A DNA stretch of 61,917 nt, the filler included, from Globobulimina sp. (taxonomy: Eukaryota), in NCBI GenBank assembly GCA_003354225.1. It is 13 parts of 13 records of this genome, joined end to end, with 100 filler letters (N's around TTAATTAATTAA, not from the genome) between each part and the next. Parts side by side here need not be neighbours in the genome. Positions count along the whole stretch, not along the records: positions 9,556 to 14,230 come from PIVH01001010.1; positions 14,331 to 19,004 come from PIVH01001011.1; positions 19,105 to 23,775 come from PIVH01001012.1; positions 23,876 to 28,546 come from PIVH01001013.1; 9 more parts are not named here. One strand, written 5' to 3'. The position numbers and the translations under genes are program-made. The notes under the pieces are model-generated. The model was not told where the DNA came from and did no database searches. It saw only the letters and a program-made list of their open reading frames with translations. Shown one piece after another: positions 12,365 to 23,933 of this stretch. Each line of letters opens with the position of its first letter. The stretch's first letter is position 1.

Positions 12365-13719
12365 CTATTTCTTTTTCTTTTTCTTAACCTTTTTCTTAGC
12401 TTTTTTGCCCTTTGTTTTAAGTTTTGTAGTCTTTGCTTTATGGGATTGTACCGTATTATAGAAAGCTTCGACAACCATAACCGGCAACGTATGAGGTACT
12501 GTAAATTTGGTGATGTGCTTTGCATTTTCATTCGATTGTAACATCATCAAAAATACATCAGCAATCTGAGTGAATCACCATGATATATTAATATATTATT
12601 TCCGTGTGAATACAAATAATCGCATATTATAAACATACCTTTTCATCAAAGAAATTTCCATGAAAAGATATTGTTTTCAGTGTATTACATGCTCTAAATT
12701 GTTGTGCTAATCTATGTAAAATCTGCACATGGCCTTCTTGGAGATCTTGACCTATTTGATTTGATGAAATATTTAATTCCTTAAATGTCAGTGATTTAAT
12801 ATCTGAAATATATACAAAACATATTAATTGTGATATAAATTGAAGTAATAATAATATATAATACAAAATAGTTTCATACTCTGGAGTCCTGTGATTAATC
12901 CGACACAACCGGTGGTGCCCAATATGTTATTCTCCAAATTTAATTCTCTGTAAATATTCAAGTCAAACATAAAAAAGAATGCTAACAAGTAATTAAACGT
13001 AACTCCAACACAAAGCAACTTGACAATATATTATGTAATGCATCATTTGCATTTTTATCACCATTAATATGACAAAATCCAAAAGATAATCGTTTAATAC
13101 ATCGATTATGTTGCAATCCATTGGATATTTGTAGCAAGCCATCACTTCCGATTCTGTTAAAATCCAATCTTAATGTAACTAAAGATTTGAATTTTCTGTT
13201 ATTTATTAGCATTGCTTTTGCGAGTAATTCACATCCTATTTCCGATAAACCACTGTCTCGAATTTCTAATGTTTGTATTGTTGGTATATTTGCAATAATA
13301 TATCCCTTATATTAATTTATAATTATTTATATAATATGCATCGTATTTTGGGAATAAATACATAAAGAAATATTAACTGCTGCTTTGGTGCCGACGTCTC
13401 CGATATTAGCTCGCCAGAAACAGATAGATTTCAACTTCATATATTTTGATTTTTTAATGGAATTAAATAATGCCTCAACAACTAATCCGTTTATTTGCTT
13501 TCCAATACATAATTGTGACAATAGTCCTTTGTCCTCATCTTCTAGGTACGATTTAAATATATCAGTTATTGGTTGAGACGCATTTGGTGATACATTTAAT
13601 GTTTTGCATTCTTTTTTAAATGCAGATTGTAATTGATCTAATGTTATTTCTTCTACTTCAACATCAGATTTTTTTTTATTGCCTCCTTTTTTGCCTCCTT
13701 TCTTCTTTTTCCCTGGCAT
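12365..13719 (-). CDS. RNI-like leucine-rich repeat protein, multi-exon
   Basis: Repeats LVTLRLDFNRIGSDG, LNLENNILGTTG and LNISSNQIG across 5-6 short exons with GT-AG gaps; Lys-rich termini. Confidence 0.85.
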
Positions 13720-13769
13720 CGTTTAACTAAAAAACGTTTTTGGTGACTCAAAGTGAGAAAAAAAAAGGT

Positions 13770-14102
13770 TTATTCATAGTCACCAACTACGACAGGATAT
13801 TCGGCTTTCCACCATTTTTCTTGCATGCCACGTTTTGCCATACAATATATCCAATTCATGAAACAACCATTGGAATATTGATGTGTTGATTCACTTGATT
13901 GCTCCTTCATATTTATATGCTTTTTTTGCAGTGAATCAACTGTGTATTCATAAGACGTCCGAGCTGTACTTATTGCAAAAATATGAAATGATATCATAAA
14001 TCCAACAATAATGCATTGGTATGCCATCCAAATAAATAATGTTATTCTTATAAGGTAGTTGTGAGATTTCTGGTGATTAATTATCAGAATTGTTGAGCTC
14101 AA
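13770..14102 (-). CDS. DHHC palmitoyltransferase-like C-terminal fragment
   Basis: TM helix followed by FHIFAISTARTSYE (TTxE-like) and YSNGCFMNW (PaCCT-like). The DHHC motif itself is not seen. Confidence 0.5.
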   Translation of the reverse strand: MSSTILIINHQKSHNYLIRITLFIWMAYQCIIVGFMISFHIFAISTARTSYEYTVDSLQKKHINMKEQSSESTHQYSNGCFMNWIYCMAKRGMQEKWWKAEYPVVVGDYE

Positions 14103-14330
14103 AAGAATTGGACGTTACAAATGGTGATAATTAATTACCAGACATAGCTATCTCACGACTACCTTAATACCAATTGAATCCAATTATGTATTGAATTTCT
14201 ATAAAAAAATAAACAATTTATAGCAATAAANNNNNNNNNNNNNNNNNNNNNNNNNNNNNNNNNNNNNNNNNNNNTTAATTAATTAANNNNNNNNNNNNNN
14301 NNNNNNNNNNNNNNNNNNNNNNNNNNNNNN

Positions 14331-15198
14331 TAACACGATAGTCTCACCATTACCCACTAAAACCTGCGTTATCACCTCATTGGTTTCAATACTGGGAATA
14401 CCTGCCGTGACCTCTCCGCGGTTATCCTGATTGATTTTCAGATCCATTATCACTTTGTCATCGGGCGTTATTTGTGGTGTAACTTCCAGCGACAGCACCG
14501 CTTCTTTGAATGAAACGGACGTCGCTCCAGAGGAAGACGCTTCTTGGTAGGGAATCTCCTCTCCTGATTTAATCGTTGCAGTCTGCCTATCTGCAGTCAC
14601 TAGCTTCGGCTGCGCGACAATTTCTCCTTTGCCATCCGATTCATACGCGGACAACTCCATATCGATTAAATAATTATCTGCGCTAAACCCGATCGCAATA
14701 GATGAAGTATTACTTCGAGTAACACCTAAATCGACGGCCAGCGCACCTGGAAAATTGATTAGGTTGCTCTCACCACGAGCAACCTCACCCAGTTCGCTCA
14801 AGGTACTCTCTGAGCCGCCTATTCGAAATAGGTTACTGCCACTTTGCTCCAGTCCGCCACCACCCCATTGAATGCCCATTTCTTCTGCAATATTTGAGCG
14901 AGCCCTAACAATTCTCGCCTCAATAAGCACCTGCCTAACAGGAATATCCCAAGTTGAGATCAGTTTACGAATCTGCTCCAATTTGTCAGAAGTTTCACGA
15001 ACACTGATGGTATTTGTTCGCTCATCCGAAGAGATAAAACCTCTCCCTGATATCAACTCGATGTCCTCCTTCAACAAAGCAACAACATCAGCAGCCTTTG
15101 CATAGTTTATCTGGACGATATCTAAATGAACGGGCGCTAGTGCGGCAACCTGTTTATTGGTTTCCAGCTCAAGTTTCTCTCTCGCAGCAATTTCTTCA
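14331..15198 (-). CDS. pilQ: Bacterial type IV pilus secretin PilQ, internal fragment
   Basis: EEIAAREKLELETNKQVAALAP...QINYAKA...DERTNTI...DIPVRQVLIEARIV...GEEIPYQEASSSGATSVSFKEAVLSLEVTPQITPD; intronless and gammaproteobacterial-like. Confidence 0.93.
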
Positions 15199-18100
15199 TT
15201 CCATCCTTATATTTATCCAATTCCCCACTCGTTTGTACGTTCGCTTGCTGCAATTTATTGATTTTTTCCTGCTCAATATCCGCTTCCTCTTTTTGTCGAC
15301 GCAACAAATATTCCCAGGATAACTTGCTCGCATCGCCTTCTTCCACAGAGAGCGCCTCTTTCACTTCATTTTCAGTGTCAACCTGACGCGCATATTTCCT
15401 TTGCAATTCTGCCAATTCCAGGCATTTCCCAGCTAGATCTTCCTTGCTATGTTTATTCGCATCACGCAATTTATTGAATTTTAGCTTTAATTTGCCATTT
15501 TCACCTTCAATCTCCTCCAATCGATCAGTACTTTCCTCCAAATCAAATTTATGATTTTCTGCCATGCTCTCCCATTCAGCACATTTCTTCTCTAAATCCT
15601 CCAAAACCGCATTCCTTGCATCAATCTCCGTTTTTAACTGCTTAACTTTGCCCATTTCATTCTTCATCTCATTATTTTTATTAACCTCTGCTGTTAACTC
15701 CCTTTCTAACTGCTCAATCTTCGCCATATCCGGTTTCATCTCATTATGTCTATTAATCTCAGCCTTCAACTCTTTATTTTTGTCCTTCAGCGCCTTCGCC
15801 TTCGTCAACAACGTCGTAAATTGTTCCGCCTTCTTCCTCAATTTGGCCAACTCCTTCTTGCCAATCGCAGTTTGGTTCTTATTCGGTGTACATGGCTCTG
15901 TCACTGTGCGCGAGGGCGCATTATCAAACATAGCAAAGCCTGGACCGGACGGTCGTTTCTGTACTGCGTTCTCCTTCACCTTGACCAGCAACTCACTCTT
16001 CTCCTTCTTCAAAGTCTTATTCTCATCCAACAACTCGTTCTTCTCCACTTTCAGCCCTTCATTCTCTCGCTTCAACGCATCCAATTCCTCACCATCGCCG
16101 CCATCAGAAAACGCAAATCCATCCTCAATCTCCTTATCCTTCCGCAACAGTTCAAGCTCACTCTGTAACTGCACAGAAACGCGCTGCACGTCTTCCTTTT
16201 GTTGCTGTGTTACATTTAACAGTCTCTCCAATTCCGCCACCCGTACTTCCAACGCGTTTTGCTGGCTCTGCCCATCTGAGATTCGCGCCTTTTGAATCTG
16301 GGCACGTTGCTCCGTGTCCGTCGCCATCCGCGTCACTCTCTGTAATTCCTCCCGCAACGCCACCAAATCCGCATCTTTGCGGCCCAGCGCATCTTTGCTG
16401 AGATCCAGTTTACTTCTCAACTCCTTGTATTTCTCCTTTACAATCTGGAAATTCTTCTGGAATTTGCGGATTTTCTCCTTCAATTTCAGCTTTTCGGCGT
16501 CGTGACGAGGCGGTGACTGTGCCGGAGTGACCCAGGGAGTGATGGAGATACTCGCCGGTTCGGACGGAGTGAGTGAGATTTTCTTGTGCATGTTTTCCAA
16601 CTCATTCTGAAGCGAAGTGTTTTCGCTTTTTAATTCGTCGATTTCTGACTGCTTTTTCTGCGTTAAGTTGTCGCGTAAATGTTGATTTTCGCTCTCTTTG
16701 TTATGTAGTTGGCTGTGTAAGGCTGTGTTTTTAAGTTCGTATTCTTCCATAGTTTGATTACTATCACGTAAATTGGTCATTAGTTCACAGTTTGTGTCGG
16801 CTAATTTGTTTCTTTCCGCTTCGGATTTGTTTAACATTGATTCCAATTCGTTTCTGTTTTGAGTCAATTGTTCCAAATCTTTTCCTAAAGTGTTTAGGTT
16901 CTCATTCTCTTGGCGCAATTGTTGATATTTAGCGTCCAACTCATCATAGCTCTCTTTATCGTGTTTGATTTGCTGTTTGTTTCTCGCCGTTATCTCTTGT
17001 AATTTGTCCACCAATTTTTTATATTTATCTGCCTTTTCGCTCAACTCATTCAATTTGCTATTTTCAGTGTCAATTTCTTTTTGATTTTCTTCTTCCACCG
17101 CTTTCAATTTAGTTTCAATCTCATTTTTGGTCTGTAATATTTCATCATATTTAGTTTCAAACTCGCTTTTTGTCTGTAATAATGTATCATATTTAGTTTC
17201 AAACTCCGTTTTTGCTCGTAATAGCTCGTTATTTTTAGTTTCAAACTCTTTTTGTTCATCTAATAATCCATTGCATTGCGTTTTTAGTTTCTCAATTTGT
17301 GTGGCATTATTTTCTCGGTCTGCCCCCAACTCATTACATCGTATTTGCATTTCATTATGTTTGACAATGAATAATTTCATTTTTCCATCAACGGCATTGT
17401 ATCGCTCCTGTAATCCATCCATATCTTTCTGTAAATTGCCATTCAATGCTTTCAATCCGTGCACCTCTTCCACACTTTCATTCATTTTCTCTCTCAACTC
17501 CTTGTTTTCCTTCTTCACACTCTCTAATTCAATGCGATTCCCTTCACGCTCATTCTGCAACGTCTCCAAATCCAACAACTTGGCCAATAATTCACTTTTA
17601 CTGCGTTGTAACTGCTCATTTTCCAGCTTCAATTGGTGTAATTCCCCCTCATTATTATGCTCATTTTTTAATTGATTAATCTCAGTTTCCAGCTCATCCA
17701 AAGTCTCATTTAATTGCTCCTGTTGTTCTAATAAGCTCTCATTGTCGCCATTAACGTCCTCAATGCGTGACTCCAACGCAATGATCCGCTCATTTTTTTG
17801 CCGGACTTCGTCATCATGCCTCAACACTGTCGCCTTCATTTTCGCTGCAAACTCTGCCATTCTCCCTTCATTTTCCTCCTTCGCCGTCTCAATTAAGCCA
17901 CGGTTTGATTGCAAATCCTTTTCCAGCGCTCGCTTCTCGCCTTGAATCTGCTCAATCGTACGTTGTAAAGACACCATCTGTGTTTGCAAGGATTCATTGG
18001 CTTGATTTAATTTTGTAGAGGCAACCACTGTGTCGTCCATATCTGCGGTTAGTTCATCAATTCTATCGTTTAAGTCCTGTACTTTAAGGCTATATCCTTC

Positions 18101-19004
18101 GGCATCACTCTGTAGAGTCATATTTGTGTCGGTCAATGTATTGATTTTATGGTTCAATTGGTCGATGGTGCCCTTACTGGATATTTTTTTCATCTCTAGC
18201 TCTTGTGTGGTGGCTGCGATTTGCGCGTTTAACTCCGAGATTATATGTTCCGTATCGGAATACAGTGAGACTTTCTTGTTTAAGGAGGAGATGCTACGTT
18301 TTGCATCTTCTAATTGCTTTTGTGTTGCTTGGTTGACGCCTTCTAAACCTTTGTAACTGTCCAATTTAGAGAGTAACGAGTCGTAATTGGCGTATTTTTG
18401 GTGCGTTTGCTCGATTTCTAAACGTAGATTGTTTATTATCTGTTCGTGCTGTTGGCTGGTATTGGCATGGTCCATTATGGAGTTCTATGACAAAGGCAAT
18501 GTTTGGTATAGAACCATGTACGAAATGCGGGTAAATTTAACTTTTAACTGATCATAGCCTTCCAATTTATGAATAACGTCATCGTATTTGGATTGTAATG
18601 CATTTAATTGGCTATTTTTTGACTGTAATTGAGTTTGCAAGTTTTCATTGGCATTCTCTAATATTGTCAACTTTTCTGTGCGTTTGATATCTGTGAATGA
18701 GTATATTTATGTTTGTGTGCAAGGATAAGGAGAATGGCCATGGGAGTGAGACAAACCATTATTAGCATGCTTTTTGATTTGGATTTTATATGCATTAATT
18801 GCTTGGTGTAACTGCTGATTTTCATCCTGTAATCTCTCATATTGCTGTGTTGATTTTATCTGTTTCCCTATTTTCTTATTTAACAAATTATTCTCTTCTT
18901 CGGCACGACGTAATCTGTGCCATTTTATGCGATGTTAGGTAGTGTTTTGGGTGCGAGGATATGATATATTAATGCATGCATACTTTGTTTTTATTTTTTC
19001 CTTA
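15198..19004 (-). CDS. Large eukaryotic coiled-coil protein, truncated at both ends
   Basis: 1112-aa E/K/L-rich ORF with upstream short exons; the last ~15 aa of the ORF are read from out-of-frame pilQ DNA. Confidence 0.8.
17105..17250 (-). repeat. 42-nt (14-aa) tandem repeat, about 3.5 copies, inside the coiled-coil gene
   Basis: tttagtttcaa recurs every 42 nt; translation FETKNNELLRAKTE-FETKYDTLLQTKSE-FETKYDEILQTKNE-IETK. Confidence 0.8.
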
Positions 19005-19104
19005 NNNNNNNNNNNNNNNNNNNNNNNNNNNNNNNNNNNNNNNNNNNNTTAATTAATTAANNNNNNNNNNNNNNNNNNNNNNNNNNNNNNNNNNNNNNNN
19101 NNNN

Positions 19105-19525
19105 CTTACTGGCCGTAATGGAAACTATTGATAACGGCAAACCGATACGCGAGACCAGGGATATCGCTATTCCCTGGGTAGCGCGGCATTTTTATTATCA
19201 GGCCGGAAGGGCACAGCTCACTGATAGTGAATTTCCGGATATGCAGGGCGTGGGTGTGTGTGGGCAGGTCATTCCGTGGAATTTTCCATTATTGATGTTG
19301 GCCTGGAAAGTCGCTCCGGCTCTGGCAGCAGGGTGTACAATTGTTCTGAAACCAGCAGAATATACACCCTTGACCGCCATGATTTTTGCTCAATTGTGTA
19401 ATGAGGCCGGATTACCCAGGGGTGTTTTCAATATTGTCAATGGTGATGGAAGTACCGGTGCTGCGATAACTGAACACAAGGCTTTTGACAAGATCGCATT
19501 TACTGGTTCGACGGATGTTGGTCGC
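19105..19525 (+). CDS. Aldehyde dehydrogenase internal fragment, bacterial-like
   Basis: ETIDNGKPIRETRD, GQVIPWNFPLLM, WKVAPALAAGCTIVLKPAE, DKIAFTGSTDVGR. The catalytic Glu/Cys half is absent. Confidence 0.9.
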
Positions 19526-22500
19526 ATCGCCAGTCACTTTTATATCGACTGCGAAACCATCGGTGTTTGGAACGAGAACATCTGTAATAACTGCACCATC
19601 GAAGACATTTTGGATTTGATATGTTTGGCCACAGAGTTCAAGCAACTGACAATGAGAGAGGAGGAGGAAAGGGATCTGATCCAATTGAGAAAGGAATGCT
19701 GTCCGTACGCCATCAAATCGTTGCAACGCGGCCCCGATTCGCCGCAAACAAAAGCAAACATTTTGTTGCAATGCTATATTGGCCGACAAATGTATCAGAT
19801 CCGGCACCCGACGCTGCTGAATGACTTAGGATATATTAAGCAGAATGCGGGCCGGATCGCGAGTGCTCTCTTTCAGATTGCGGTCAAAGTCGGCTATTCC
19901 AACTTAGCTTGCGAGGCCTTGAAAATCTGCAAAGTGATCCAGCGGCAGGTCTGGCATCACCAGACTCCATTGCGCCAATTCCAGGCCATCCGCACCGAGC
20001 TATGCATGAAAGTGGAACGCGCAAACCTCAGAATCTACCAACTGTGCGAGTACAAAGCGTCTGAAATCGGCCGAATGCTCAGAGACCAAAGGAACGGCGC
20101 TCATGTCAAGAAATTGGCCAATTTGATACCGAGAGTGGCCTTAAACTGCAAAGCCAGGCCGATAACGCGCACCTTGTTGGCCGTGGACATTTCGTTGGAG
20201 CCGAACTTCCGATGGGTGCGGAACCAGCATAGTCAGACGCAGCTGTTTCATATCTGGGTGGACGATGTGATAAAACGCGAAATCTATCATCACGAAACCT
20301 ATACAATGACAGACAAAGCTTACGCGGAAGAAGAAGAGTTATCGGTTTCCATCGTCTTACCCATTCCCGAAGGCGACGACGAAGTGCCGCCGCAATATCA
20401 AATCCATTTCATCTCTGCGTTTTGGTTGGGCTCTCACAGCATTTTCCCGCTCTCCTTCCAGCACTTAATCCGTCCGCAAGACTACCCGCCGCAGACATTA
20501 TTGCTGGATTTGCATCCATTGCCAATCGGCGCTTTGCAGAGCGAGCAATGGGAGACTTTGTACCGTGGCAAGTTTGAGTACTTCAATCCGATACAAACAC
20601 AGGTTTTCCACGTTGCGTACCACACAAACAACGCCATATTAATGTGCGCGCCAACTGGTTCCGGCAAGACTGTCATCGCAGAATTGGTGACATTTCGGTC
20701 CTTATCTTGCAATCCGGAAAAGAAAATCATTTACATTGCGCCCTTAAAAGCGTTGGCCAGAGAACGATATCGGACTTGGAAGGCTTCGTTTGGTGCCAAG
20801 TTGGGGTTCAATGTGATTATGTTGACTGGCGATATGACGCCGGACCGGCAGGCCATTAACAGCTCGCATATTATCATCACCACTCCGGAGAAATGGGACG
20901 GCATCTCTCGATATTGGAAGTCGCGCAGATATGTCAAGAAAGTGGGCGTGATCATCTTTGACGAGATCCATTTGCTGGGCTTGGACCGTGGCCCCATTTT
21001 AGAAGTGATTGTGGCTCGTTTGCGCTTCGTAGAGCGGCGCCTCTTAGCTCGCGACGACAGCGACAAAGTGCGCTTATTGGGGTTGTCGACGGCCTTAGCA
21101 AACGCCACGGATTTGGCTGATTGGTTAGGCGTCGCCGCCTATGGTCAGAGTCCGGGTTTGTACAATTTCCCCGCCGCTCAGAGGCCGGTGCCGTGCCAGG
21201 TGCACATCCAAGGATATCCGGGCAAGCATTATTGCCCTCGCATGGCCACTATGAACAAGCCGTGCTACGCCGCCATCAAATCGCATTCGATGAATAAGCC
21301 GGTGCTGATCTTCGTGTCTTCGCGGCGCCAAACCCGGCTGACGGCCATCGATTTGATCTCATTCATTTCGCGCGAGATCTCCTCCTCAAAGTTCCTAAAC
21401 ATTGACAGTACGGAAATGAACTACATTTTGCGCGATGTGCGCGACGTGAACCTGCGGCATACGTTGGCCTTTGGTATCGGTATACACCACGCCGGGCTGC
21501 ACCCATCGGACCGCAAGATCGTAGAGGACCTGTTCCTGAATGGCTGCATTCAGATTTTGGTGGCCACCTCGACCTTGGCGTGGGGCGTAAACTTGCCCGC
21601 TCATTTGGTGATTGTCAAAGGGACGGAATACTTTGACCCGAAGACCAAGCGCTTTGTGCAGCTGCCGGTGACCGACCTGTTACAAATGATAGGTCGGGCC
21701 GGGCGGCCTCAATACGATACGGCGGCCACTGCGGTGGTCTTAGTGCACGAACCGAAGAAGAACTTTTATAAAAGATTCTTGTATCACTCGTTCCCGGTCG
21801 AATCGTGTTTGCACGAAAACATTCACAACCACATCAACGCGGAGATCGCCGTCGGAACTTTGGATTCTATGCAGGACGGCATCGAGTACTTAACGTGGAC
21901 TTTTTTGTTTCGCCGCATCCTGAAAAACCCGACGTATTACGAATTGGAAGACATTGCGGCTGCGACGATCAACAAATATTTGCGCGATTTGCTGCGGACT
22001 GTGCTATGGGATTTGAGTGACGCCGCTTGCATACAATTTGACGATGAGAATGGCGACACGTTCTCGTCGACGGTGTGCGGTCAGATTGCGTCTTATTATT
22101 ACATGTCTTATAAAAGCATGTCGATTTTGGCGGCGTCGCTCAAATCGGACTGTACATTGAATGAATTGATCCGAATCTTGTCGTCCTGCGCAGAATACGA
22201 TGAACTGCCTGTTCGTCACAATGAGGATAAGCTGAATTTCGAGTTGGCCAAAGCTGTACCTTTGGACGTGTCTGATTTGGCTATGGATGAGCCGTCGACC
22301 AAAGCAATCTTACTATTTCAGGCACATTTCAGTCGGTTACCACTGCCGATCACCGATTATGTGACGGATTTGCGCTCCGTTTTGGATCAATCCATCCGAA
22401 TATTACAAGCTATGATCGATTATGCGTCGGCTGCCAACAATTTGTGGCTCAAATGCAGCCTAAAAATAATAAATTTAATCCAAATGATAACGCAGGGCCG

Positions 22501-23386
22501 CTGGCTAAATGACAGCACCATCGCCAATCTGCCACATATTACTCACAAATCGGTGGTTAATTTGTGGCAAAAGGCGGCCATCCAAACCTTGCCCGAATTA
22601 ATGAACTATCCGTACCACAAAAGTGCGCAAATCCTGTCTCTCGACGCCGAATTGACGCAAAACGACATCGATGAAATCATCAAAACCTTAAAATATAAAT
22701 ATCCGCGCATTCACATTCAAGTCACATTGTCGACGTTTGAGGTTGGTTTAGGACAGGAATTATTTCTCAAATGTCGCACAAAGCGGTTTTCTGGCAATCC
22801 CAACAAAATATATTCGCCCAAATGGTACAAACCAAAATTAGAAGGTTGGATTGTCATTGTTTCGTTGCATAATTCTGAGAAATTATTAGCTATCAAAAGG
22901 ATGCGCGTTGGCACACAATGGAGGACCACCAGAATAAAAATAACTATTCCTTCATCAATACACGACATCGCAGATTGTGATCCACTCCAAAATGAGCAAA
23001 TGATACTATTCGATATCTATGTGCTCAGCGATGCATATTTGGGATTGGATCAATTTTATACCATCGAATGTAACTTAGTTCATAATCTGAATGAGAATGA
23101 CAATATTGATACGGATCCACTCTTCAATTTAGAAACAGCGGACGATTTGATTGGATTAAAAACATCGATATCATCCGATTCGAATTCAAATGCAAATGCA
23201 AATGCAAGCAAAGCGCAAACAATATTATCGGGACAGACATTTGATACTTCTCTGTTGGATCCACGTAATCGGCCACAAAGAATGCAGAATATTGAAATAG
23301 ATTTTGATGACTTAAAAAGTGTTGTTACTGATAGTGATATTCAATCTGTATTGACTCAAACAACTTACATTAAGAAATGGGATTGA
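19508..23386 (+). CDS. ASCC3: ASCC3/Slh1-type Ski2-like helicase: end of cassette 1, Sec63, second helicase cassette, Sec63 (5' truncated)
   Basis: GRIASHFYI, FNPIQTQVFH, APTGSGKT, TPEKWDGISRYW, DEIHLLG, GYPGKHYCPRMATMNKP, LPVRHNED. Confidence 0.9.
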   Translation, partial: STDVGRIASHFYIDCETIGVWNENICNNCTIEDILDLICLATEFKQLTMREEEERDLIQLRKECCPYAIKSLQRGPDSPQTKANILLQCYIGRQMYQIRHPTLLNDLGYIKQNAGRIASALFQIAVKVGYSNLACEALKICKVIQRQVWHHQTPLRQFQAIRTELCMKVERANLRIYQLCEYKASEIGRMLRDQRNGAHVKKLANLIPRVALNCKARPITRTLLAVDISLEPNFRWVRNQHSQTQLFHIWVDDVIKREIYHHETYTMTDKAYAEEEELSVSIVLPIPEGDDEVPPQYQIHFISAFWLGSHSIFPLSFQHLIRPQDYPPQTLLLDLHPLPIGALQSEQWETLYRGKFEYFNPIQTQVFHVAYHTNNAILMCAPTGSGKTVIAELVTFRSLSCNPEKKIIYIAPLKALARERYRTWKASFGAKLGFNVIMLTGDMTPDRQAINSSHIIITTPEKWDGISRYWKSRRYVKKVGVIIFDEIHLLGLDRGPILEVIVARLRFVERRLLARDDSDKVRLLGLSTALANATDLADWLGVAAYGQSPGLYNFPAAQRPVPCQVHIQGYPGKHYCPRMATMNKPCYAAIKSHSMNKPVLIFVSSRRQTRLTAIDLISFISREISSSKFLNIDSTEMNYILRDVRDVNLRHTLAFGIGIHHAGLHPSDRKIVEDLFLNGCIQILVATSTLAWGVNLPAHLVIVKGTEYFDPKTKRFVQLPVTDLLQMIGRAGRPQYDTAATAVVLVHEPKKNFYKRFLYHSFPVESCLHENIHNHINAEIAVGTLDSMQDGIEYLTWTFLFRRILKNPTYYELEDIAAATINKYLRDLLRTVLWDLSDAACIQFDDENGDTFSSTVCGQIASYYYMSYKSMSILAASLKSDCTLNELIRILSSCAEYDELPVRHNEDKLNFELAKAVPLDVSDLAMDEPSTKAILLFQAHFSRLPLPITDYVTDLRSVLDQSIRILQAMIDYASAANNLWLKCSLKIINLIQMITQGRWLNDSTIANLPHITHKSVVNLWQKAAIQTLPELMNYPYHKSAQILSLDAELTQNDIDEIIKTLKYKYPRIHIQVTLSTFEVGLGQELFLKCRTKRFSGNPNKIYSPKWYKPKLEGWIVIVSLHNSEKLLAIKRMRVGTQWRTTRIKITIPSSIHDIADCDPLQNEQMILFDIYVLSDAYLGLDQFYTIECNLVHNLNENDNIDTDPLFNLETADDLIGLKTSISSDSNSNANANASKAQTILSGQTFDTSLLDPRNRPQRMQNIEIDFDDLKSVVTDSDIQSVLTQTTYIKKWD

Positions 23387-23639
23387 TTCTCTTTGTTTTT
23401 TAATGTGATGTACTCTTTCGTCGATCGATCAGTTCACTTTGACTTAATTCTGCACAGTAAACCAAGACCAGTCAATAATTAAACTGTCTAAAAACTTTAA
23501 TTGCTTTTGTTGGGTATGAGCATAGCGACTCTTTCGTCATTTCGCTTGGCTTTGGCCTTGTTGTATTGTGTGGGTATTGGATCAGTTAGTAACTGGGTTG
23601 AAGGAAACAATTCAATTCTTCGGTTTGAGCACCAAACCT

Positions 23640-23775
23640 CAAATGAAGGTGAAAAAGAATTTAATTTCGATGGCTGGGTTAATGAGAATGGTTTAAATGA
23701 TATTAAACATATATTTATAAAACATAATATGACAACACCTGATACATTATCTGCGCTGTCATCGTCATTTAAAGA
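23640..23775 (+). CDS. Possible SAM-like domain fragment
   Basis: FDGWVNENGLNDIKHIFIKHNM pattern at the contig end. Confidence 0.3.
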
Positions 23776-23933
23776 NNNNNNNNNNNNNNNNNNNNNNNNN
23801 NNNNNNNNNNNNNNNNNNNTTAATTAATTAANNNNNNNNNNNNNNNNNNNNNNNNNNNNNNNNNNNNNNNNNNNNTTTAAATGTATAGTAACTATACTAT
23901 GTACGTTTCTATATTATTATAATGGCATCTAAT

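Noticed and set aside
12365-13719. Fragmented ORFs suggesting stop-codon reassignment
   Set aside because: The breaks are explained by short GT-AG introns, and well-identified genes end at TAA or TGA normally.
14331-15198. Horizontally acquired pilQ
   Set aside because: It is a fragment at a contig end with an out-of-frame junction and no sign of amelioration.
15564-18356. Long plus-strand ORFs rich in S/F/L
   Set aside because: They are antisense shadows of the coiled-coil gene.
19118-23386. Novel ALDH-helicase fusion protein
   Set aside because: Both domains are truncated at a shared motif; best explained as a chimera.
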